A stretch of DNA of 64,000 bases from the human T2T-CHM13v2.0 reference genome, Homo sapiens. Where the stretch lies: the NCBI RefSeq assembly GCF_009914755.1, contig NC_060928.1; one strand, 5' to 3'. Below the pieces are notes generated by a model that was not told the DNA's origin, searched no databases, and saw only the letters and a program-made list of their open reading frames with translations. Shown here piece after piece: positions 53,813 to 64,000 of this stretch; within the stretch, counting starts at the first letter, position 1, and each line of letters begins with the position of its first letter. Made by a program: the position numbers and the translations under genes.

Positions 53813-55079
53813 GGGGAGACAGTAGTATTTCCCAGTGATAGAAGATAGCATGTAATTGTAAGCAATAGTCTCTATCATAAATTCAACTTACACAGAATTT
53901 AAATGATGCCTTGATGCTCGTTAAAATGAAATCTGGAATCTTGGAAGTAATGACTCTGTAAATACCTCTGGGTCTCTTTGCTGATTCACAGCCACCTCCT
54001 TGGATTCGTATTTGGTATTCAATTTCACAAATATGTATTATGTGCCTACTGCATGCATGTTTCATTTGTTTTATATTCATGCAATGCCTCTACTGTGTGA
54101 CATTCTCAAAAGACATCAATACCTTAATGTGCTGGATAACCATTTTCTAAGAACAACTCTTTGTGAAGCTGGATCATATATGTATCTAATTTTTATCGTA
54201 TATTTAGATTAAAATATTCAAATATTCAGCAACAAATACTTCAAAATCAGTATTTCATTCTTTTTCTCCTCTTCTGAAACAGAATCGCATTCTTTGAGAA
54301 AAAATACTAATAACAAATAAGTTTCCATGGCATTATTTTGATAATAGACTAAGAATAAACACAGAGAACAATGAATTAAAATTCCATGTTAGTACTGTTA
54401 TATTTTTCCCATTAATATTCTAAGCCAATATTATAATTCTCCCAAGATATTCCTATTTGATGTCATTTTTTATTTCATGTATCCTTACTGTGATTATTTT
54501 GATGTGTAAGAGTATTACATTCCAGTTATGTGTGGTGTTACAGGCTGCATTTTTATACCATTTTTCCCTCACCCACTGATTGAAAGTATTTATACAGGGC
54601 ATTCATTTTCTGAAATTAAAAATTAGCTTGGATTTTTCATTGACAAGCTGTATTTTAAATGATTTTGTATTGAAATATGTATTGGGTGGCATGTGTACAT
54701 TTAAAACTATAAAGTCCTTTGACTGATTTTTTTTTAACAAACACTCAAGAATTCTTACATCTGACAATAGTCTTTTGAATATTCTCAGTGGGAGGAAGTC
54801 TTTGTCCTTTGAAAGCATATTTGAATTTTTTGAAACAGCCAAAAGTTATTCAATGTCAAATCTGTGAAATAATTTTGGTGATCACACTGGGCAATTTTAT
54901 TTTTGAAAAAAAATGAGGTCGGACCATAAAGGTAAGTTTTCTTGTGTGAGTCATAAACTAATTCTGAAGGAAATCTCTCTGGAGAAGAGCTAGCGAAAGA
55001 TCCATCACTGAAACAAGGTTTCCAGTGGGATGACCATGAAGTGAGGTGGCCAGGCTCTGAGAGACTGATGCCAAAACAG

Positions 55080-56660
<1,581 letters not shown>

Positions 56661-56694
56661 CTTTGAGTAGTTGTGTCTAATATGTTTTTCTAAT

Positions 56695-56940
56695 TTGAAA
56701 GTTAATAATTACTTCTAGTAGGAAACATGGAAAATACAGAAAAGCATAAACAATGAAATTAAAATTACTCATATTTTAATGTATATATATTTTATCTGTA
56801 TAGTACATTTTAAAATGAAATTGTGATAATAGTGTGGATACAATCTGTCTCCTTTTTCAATCTTTATATTTCATGATGATTAATTATCTTCTCTGCTCTT
56901 AAATATTCCTCAAAAGTATGATTTTTAATGGCTGCAGGTA
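56695..56940 (-). mobile_element. Old L1M 3' fragment
   Basis: GGAAAATACAGAAAAGCATAAA...TTTTTAATGGCTGCA. Confidence 0.5.
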
Positions 56941-57479
56941 CTCAACAACACACTCTGGGGAAGTCACTGGGAAAAGCCATAGGTGAGTCTTGGTAAGCAC
57001 AGGACTCATTGTGTGTAGGGGTCTAGAAGGACCACAATGGGCCAGGCTAGATGGACAGTGGAACCACTCTCAGGGAAGGAAGCTGCTCTATTTTTGGCTT
57101 CTGAGCTCACTATGGCCTACCTCCTCGCTCAGGACTTAATTACAGCACAACACTGACTCGATAAAATGTGTGTTCTACTAAGCCAGAAAACAGGAACATG
57201 GAGGGGACACCAGAAATGTCATCAGCAAATCATCAAGATAAATAAAGTACTGGTCTAGATCAGAGTCAACCAGGCATTCTGTCCTTAATTTCAATGATTG
57301 TACAATGATGTTGGGTATGCTGGTGAAGTCAGCCCTCGGAATTGTCTCTTAAATCTCTGAAGCAATACAGACTGACTGTCTACTGCATCTCGTGTGACCC
57401 TGTCTTCTTAGAATCTCCATTCGTTATCTTCCTTTGATTCTTGATGGCTTTCTTCTGTGATGGCTTTTTTTATTTCTTG

Positions 57480-59430
57480 GAGTCCATTTCTTCATTTTCA
57501 TGATTTTTCTTCCTCTTTTTGGTAGAGCACATTTCCCAGTAGCTTAATCAGAAAGGAACATGGAGGTAAATGTATTTCTGTTGGATATCTGAAAATACCT
57601 TTATTCTGCCCCCAGTTGATGGATCATTTAGCTGGGTATAGAACTCTAAGTTGGAAACACTTTTCCTTCAGGATATTGAAAGGTGTTGTTTTATTGTCAC
57701 TAGTTTTCTGTGTTGTAGTTCAAAAGTTCTTCTGACTTTATGTATGACCAGTTTTTGTCTCTCTGAAGTATTGTTGAAATTTGGCTTATTTACAAGTTCT
57801 TAAGTTTCACAGTGATGTGCACCAGTAATGTTCTGTATTTATCTAGTGGGCAGAGAACTAAGTGGATTCTGGAAATTTTATTGAATTATTTTATTGATGG
57901 TTGTGGGAAGACAATTCTCAATGGATTTTTGATACTTCAGACCTGTAAAGTCTGGACATTCTGAGAAAAGAACATTTTTTATTAGCAAACTTTAGAAACT
58001 AGAGATAGTGTATCCCTCTGAAGAGACATCCTAAAGTGGTAAAGAAGAGCCATCTACTTTTTTCCCTGGAGGTATTTGTTTACATTTCAGGATAACGAGC
58101 AATCTCTTTCTTTCTGGAAGAGAGAATGAGCAGATGTGCCAGCAGGCCTATAAAAGCTCAGAGTCATGTAAAATGTGGGATGCTTCTCCACTGGTTCACC
58201 TTACTGCACATGCAGGTAAAATCCAGTTCCGTTCATGTTGCCCTGTGGCGTTTGATGCTTAGAGAACCCACAAAAGAACTTTTCCAACTGCTGGTTTTGT
58301 TGTGGGTAAGAAATGATTTGTTTTTCTGATTCAGGGATGTTGCATCTTCTGTCAACATATGTATTTAAATCTGTTGTAAGCATAACTCATTTGTCTTCAA
58401 TTAGAGTAAAATCTCAAGTCTTCTGTCTTAATAATGGCTATCTCTTGTCCATTTTCTCTTTTTTTTTTCTTTGCTGGTATCATACCTCCTGGACTAGTTC
58501 TCTAAGTATTCACCTATCTTCCAACTCAAATTATCTCAATTTTATTTTCTAATATACTATTGAGTTTTTCATTTCTGCCATCATATTTGTAATTTCCAAA
58601 AGCTCTTTGTTTTCTAAAGTAACTTATTTTTAATAACACCTTGCTTTTGTTTCATAAATAAAATATCTTTTTTATCTCTGTAAGATAATTCATATATTTT
58701 GAAGATTTCCTTTGCCCACACAGTGACTGACTTGGGGGGATTTTGTTTGTTAGTTTTGATCTCTATCTTCTACACTAAAAGCTTTGTTAGACAATTGGTT
58801 GACTATTCATATTTAAAATTTGGAGACTAAAATACTAAATGAAAATTCTACTCATTTAAGGAAGGTATACTGACTTTGAACTTGTCTCTGGGGAAATCAG
58901 GCTGCCTTTTATTGCAATTTCATGTCAGATATTTTTGGTGTTTCTTTCCTGGCAGATCAGAATATACACAAAATTCTCTATTATTGTTCTGTCTGAGGGA
59001 TAAAGGCCAGATTGCCACCTTTCAGGGAGTAAGGAAAGTGATGGGAAGGAAAGAGGTGTTCTCAGCATTCAATATATACCTATTTCTTTAATTCCAGTTT
59101 GGTGAAAGGTAACTGTACTCTCTACTGTGTTTGGGGTCCTCCCAGTCTGGAATTCCTGTATTTTACCCTCCAGAGAGTAAACCTCTAGACTCAGGCTATT
59201 GTGCAGGACAAATCAAGGCTGCTTCACAGCTTTCCCAATGTTTAGCTTAGCGTTCAGCATCCCTGGGCCTACAAAATACATTACTGCCCATCTTTTGCTT
59301 TTTAGCCTCCAAAATTCTGTGGTATTCTCTCTTTTCTCACTCTTCCTATCCTTGTGAGTATTTTTACTGATGTTTACTGGACATCAGGAAAGAAAAGTAT
59401 TGAAAGTACACATGCAAATTGCCATCTTTC
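57480..59430 (-). mobile_element. HAL1/L1M-type fragment, split by LTR40
   Basis: CAGTAGCTTAATCAGAAAGG...TCTGAAAATACCTTTATTCTG...GCTGGGTATAGAACTCTAAGTTGGAAA. Confidence 0.6.
57902..58433 (+). mobile_element. ERVL solo LTR, LTR40-like
   Basis: TGTGGGAAGACAATTCTCAATGG start, TATAAAAG TATA box, TAGAGTAAAATCTCA near end; flanks atggt/atggc. Confidence 0.7.
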
Positions 59431-59561
59431 CCTGCAACGTGGTTTATGTCTTTATATGAATTTTACATACATTGTTACACCATTTAAAACTGCAAAATAA
59501 GGATCTGACATTCACATTCTTTTTCTTTCTTTTTTTTTTTTTTTCTGAAATCGCCAGCTTT

Positions 59562-59849
59562 CTTGTTTGTTTGTTTTTTTTAGACGGAGTCTCACTCTGT
59601 CACCCAGGCTGGAGTGCAGTAGTGCAAGCTCCACCTCCTGGGTTCACACCATTCTCCTGCCTAAGTCTCCTGAGTAGCTGGGACTACAGGTGCCCACCAC
59701 CACACCCAGCTATTTTTTTGTATTTTTTTTTAGTAGAGACGGAGTTTCACTGTGTTAGCCAGGATGGTCTCGATTTCCTGACCTCGTAATCCACCCATCT
59801 CGGCCTCTCAAAATGCAGGGATTACAGGCGTGAACCACCGCACCCAGCC
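59562..59849 (-). mobile_element. AluY with ~15-bp internal deletion, CpG-decayed
   Basis: GCAAGCTCCACCTCCTGGGTTCACACCATTCTCC, TGTTAGCCAGGATGGTCTCGAT. Confidence 0.93.
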
Positions 59850-60449
59850 TTTCAAACCATTTTTTAATGATTTATTCTTTGTCCCTTGGTTTGTGATGGC
59901 TTGTGATTACTAAAGGCTAAGATGTAGTTCAAGACTATCTATTGTGTTCATTCATCAAATCGTTCAATCCTAATACCAGTACGATAGTATTTTAGTAACG
60001 ACACTTTAGGGAAAAGCTTAATATCTTGAATGCCAAGACTCAAGACATGGATTTCAAATATCTTTGCCTGCCGTTCAAACAAATGTATATACTCAAAAGT
60101 GTTTCAAATGCTAACAGGAAAGAAGGAAAGAAATATAAGTTAATGATAGAATGAGAGAGAATTTGATTTTTTTCAAAAGATCTACTCATTAGAAAATACA
60201 AATATTCAAATTACATATTATTAAAATATAAATATATTTTATGAAATTAGCAAATTTTATTTAAAAATTACAGAATACAAAGATTATTTCAAAATATAAA
60301 TTTATTCATTCAAAAATAAAACGCACATAATTTTTAACCACCTACTATATGCTAAATGAGGTCCCTGGGGAGTCAAAATGAGTAGAAGAACACCAATTTT
60401 CTTTCCTACCATGTAGAAATGTCAGAGGGCTTTATGTGTAATGAGTGTC

Positions 60450-60640
60450 TGCTGTTCCAGGCCTGTAATGGGTATTTTGCATGCAATTTCACATATAAGC
60501 TTTATACTAACACTCTATGTAGGTGTTATCATCCCAATCTTCAAGGATATGGGAACAGAGGCTCAGAAAGGTTAAGTAACTTGCATAAATTCACTCAGCT
60601 ATGAAATATTGCTTCTGAATGTCAAACTCACTTTCTTCCA
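60450..60640 (-). mobile_element. MIR
   Basis: GGAACAGAGGCTCAGAAAGGTTAAGTAACTTGC. Confidence 0.75.
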
Positions 60641-60669
60641 GTCCCACAAGTATAAGAAATAAATTTATT

Positions 60670-61616
60670 GGAGGAAAAAAACTAACTGTTTTTCCTCTGT
60701 TCTCACACCACAGCAATCAACACAGAATACTTCTGTGACCAAATCTGTAGGGGTTTCTCCCCACCAGCAAGCAAGCAATCAATTCTGCAGCAGTCTCAAG
60801 CTGGGTGTCCTGTAATTCAGTTCAATTCTGCCACCATCTACCTTGCGATAGTCAGATCCCACAGGTTGAGGGCTCAGTCCCAAAGATCACCCCCCACTTC
60901 CAAATTTCTGATGACAACAGCAAGCCCCAGGTTGTTCTACCTGCACTTCTGACCAACCGGCTAAAATTGCATTTCCCAGACACTCCCTCTGGCTTCAATT
61001 AATTTGCTAGAGCAGCTCACAGCACTCAGGGAAACCCTTACTTACATGTACTGGTTTATTCTAAAGGATATTACAAAGGATGCAGATGGAGAGATGCATA
61101 CAGAAGGGAGAGGTATGCGGGGAGGGACGTCACCCTCCAGGAACCTTCGTGTGTTCAGCTATCCAGAAGTTCTCCAACTCCATGCCTCTTGGGTTTTTAT
61201 GGAAGCTTCATTACATAGGCAAGATTGATTAAACCATTGGCCATTGGTGATCAACTTAATGTTCAACCCCTCTACCTTCCCCAGAGGTTGGGTGACCTGG
61301 GATTAAAAGTTCCAACCCTTTGAGCAAATGGCTGCTTCCCCTGGCACCCAGCCCCCACCGCCATCTTGTGGTATCTAAGAGTTTTCCAAAAATCACCTCA
61401 TTAACATAGGCTCAGGTGTGCTTGAAAGAGCTTGTTGTAAATAACAGAAGCTGTCTATCACTTTTATTGCTTAGGAACTACTTCAGGAACCAAGGATAAA
61501 AGACCAAATACTTTAACAAAAGATATTCTCTAGTCACTTAGGGAATACAAGGGTCCCAGGAGCTGAGAGCCAGGAATCATGGACAAAACCCAAAATATAT
61601 ACATTATAATATCACA
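60670..61616 (-). mobile_element. MER21-family LTR
   Basis: ACTTCTGTGACCAAAT, TCAGATCCCACAGGTTGAGGGCTCAGTCCC, GCCAGGAATCATGGACAAAACC...ATAATATCACA terminus. Confidence 0.85.
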
Positions 61617-62340
61617 GCTTGAGAAAAAATAATTAGATGATTTTATAATGTAATACTATCTCATTCACATAATCTGTTGAAGAGCATACATTTCTTTACC
61701 CTTAGAGAAAGCTGGCGTTTAGAATATTAGGGCAAGATAATATTTACTATATTTTATTATTTGTCAGATTTACTACAATACTTTCAAATATGAGCATTTG
61801 AGAATCGAGAACATAAAATCCATAAATGCATTATTAAGCCTCCTTGAGACTTCTCTTTCTGGTTCCCAAGCTTTTAAGTATTAAGGATACGTTTTTTAAA
61901 TTACATATATCTCCATGTTCTAATTAAGCTGGAGTTCAGCTAATAAGGATCAACTGACTCTCCGATTTGACAGCTAGTCCTAATGTTACTTTCAGAAGCA
62001 ATCGCAAGTCTACTATGCCTTAATTTGGTGGGTAACACATGATTCAATCTTATAAATCCTAGTAAATAAGATAGCCACTGAGTAAATATCAGACATGATT
62101 TTTTAAATTGCTTATAGATTTTCCCACTGAAATCAGATCAGTCTGATCTTTTTGTGATAAACAACATAATGTTTCTAGAGTCTGTAATAGACTCATGTTC
62201 TTGCCTTTTAAAACTTTTATCAAAAAACAGTTGAAAAGATGGTGGTGTTCAATTTAATGAAAACGATTATTTCTACCTGATATTAATATCATCTAGGTGT
62301 GTCTCAGTTGAATGGCCAAATCATTAATAGTAGTAGTAGC

Positions 62341-62964
62341 AGTTACGGGAAAGGGGTCCCTATCCAGACCCAAAAAGAGGGTTCTAGGATCTCGCACAAG
62401 AAAGAATTTGGGGCCAGTCCATAAAGTGAAAGCGGTTAAGAAAGTAAAACAGTAAACAATGGCTACTCCACAGGCAGAGCAGCAACATGGGCTGCTTGAC
62501 TGAATATACTTACAGTTATTTCTTGATTATATGCTAAACAAGGAGTGAATTATTCATGAGTTTTCTGGGAAAGGGATGGAGATTCCCTGGAACTGAGGGT
62601 CCCTCCCCTTTTTAGACCATATAGGATAACTTCCTGATGTTGCCATGGCATTTATAAACTGTCGTGGTGCTGGTGGGCATGGCTTTTAGCATGCTAATGC
62701 ATTGTAATTAGCATGTAATGAGCAGTGAGGAGGACCAGAGGTCACTTTCATCACCATCTTGGCTTTTGAAGGTTTTGGCCAGCTTCTTTACTGCAAGCTG
62801 TTTTCTCAACCAAGTCTTTGTGACCTGTATCTTGTGCCGACCTCCTATCTCACCCTGTGACTAAGAATGCCTAACCTCCTGGGAATGCAGCCCAGCAGGT
62901 CTCAGCTTTCTTTTACCCAGCCCCTTTTCAAGATGGAGTCGCTCTGGTTCAAACACCTCTGACA
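62341..62964 (-). mobile_element. ERV1 solo LTR MER41B
   Basis: GAAAGGGGTCCCTATCCAGACCC...GGATCTCGCACAAGAAAGAATT; tandem GAS-bearing segment present; ends CAAGATGGAGTCGCTCTGGTTCAAACACCTCTGACA. Confidence 0.93.
62563..62592. promoter_or_regulatory. STAT motifs in MER41B: TTCTGGGAA (N3) and TTCCCTGGAA (N4)
   Basis: Motifs seen at 62563-62571 and 62583-62592; binding not demonstrated. Confidence 0.55.
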
Positions 62965-63082
62965 GTAGTAGTTTATATGGCTTCTAGATGAGTGTGAAAT
63001 TTTTTTTTTACATTTAAGATACATTATTATGTTGTTTCCTTAAGCTTAGTAAGAACTGTTTTATTATTTAACAAATGAGAAG

Positions 63083-63450
63083 TTATTCATTCAGTATAAC
63101 AATCAATTTATGTTGCTCTAAGTACATGCAAAACACTGTGAACACTACAAAATAAACCAGACATAGAGGAAGCTTACATTTTAATAGAGGGAAGTGAAGA
63201 AAATACATATGTAATTATTAATAAATGCTGTGATGTCCCATGCACAGATATAATTCTGTACATAATTCTGTGTGATTCATTTTGCATTTAAAAAAATATG
63301 AGAAGTTATTTCTCGCTGAAAAAGTCAAAATATTATTTCTGGAAGAGGTGGTGATATTTGATCTGGGCCTCGAAAGACACTTAGGGTTCATTGAAGCTAT
63401 GTGGACAATGGAAGGGGAATGACATGACTGTCGTTGCTCTAAACGTGCTT
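63083..63450 (-). mobile_element. L2 3' fragment
   Basis: TTATTCATTCAG...GGAAGCTTACATTTTAATAGAGGGAAG...TCTGGAAGAGGTGGTGATATTTGATCTGGGCCTCGAA. Confidence 0.65.
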
Positions 63451-64000
63451 GCCAGGATGACTGTGGAAGCAAATGCCATGATGGCTGCTCCTCCCTCCTC
63501 CAAGCCTTCCTGTGAGGAGCAAATCAAAGAATGTAGCAGAAGCCCGGGTCACAGGAACTAATGAGAGCTCATGATGCTTTCTTTAGAGGAACCGGAAAGG
63601 CAGCCAGGTTGTTTTTATTTGTTTTACAAATTAAATTTCAGATGCAACTTTTGTGGCTCTATCATTAACAGATGTATTCGAGTAAAGGCTCAGTTAAATT
63701 ACAATGAAAACCCCAAATTTGGTATGTTAAACATAGGACGTAAGCCTCTTTCACGTGACAGAGCAGCTGGTCTAGGCTGCCAGGGTGGCTCTTCTCCACT
63801 GGGTTATTCAGGGAACCAAGTGCTTTGGTCTTGTTGCCCTGCCGGCCCACGAGGGCATTATTGTCATTGTCTTTGTCGGAGCCAGCTCACTGCTATGTAC
63901 ATTTTCCAGCCAATGGTGACAGGAGACATGGCCAAGTCCAAGGACAGATGACTGTTCACATTCCATTAGACCGAATTTAAATACCTGGCCACACGATGTC

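Overview
AT-rich primate genomic DNA, almost certainly human (two very young AluYb-lineage insertions), that reads as intronic or intergenic sequence. I can support no protein-coding exon, tRNA, rRNA, CpG island or CRISPR array, and I cannot name a host gene. The longer ORFs in the track are mostly Alu read-through. The window is a mosaic of Alu, MIR, L2, old L1/HAL1 fragments, MaLR/ERV solo LTRs (MST, MLT1, MER57, LTR40, MER21, MER41B) and hAT-type MERs, separated by several long repeat-poor stretches. Most notable: (1) a tailless BC200 (BCYRN1) retrocopy inserted antisense at the end of an AluSc, forming a near-zero-spacer hairpin; (2) a 142-bp, ~92% identical, ungapped inverted duplication (27228-27369 / 28625-28766) that I cannot assign to a known repeat; (3) two AluYb elements 2.4 kb apart, one carrying only the 3' Yb diagnostic block; (4) two minus-strand polypyrimidine-CAG|GTRAG motifs resembling recursive splice sites; (5) a MER41B LTR whose second GAS site has a 4-nt, STAT6-type spacer. 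Repeat subfamily names come from recalled consensus sequences and old-repeat boundaries are approximate. I see no clear evidence for a wholly new biological system.
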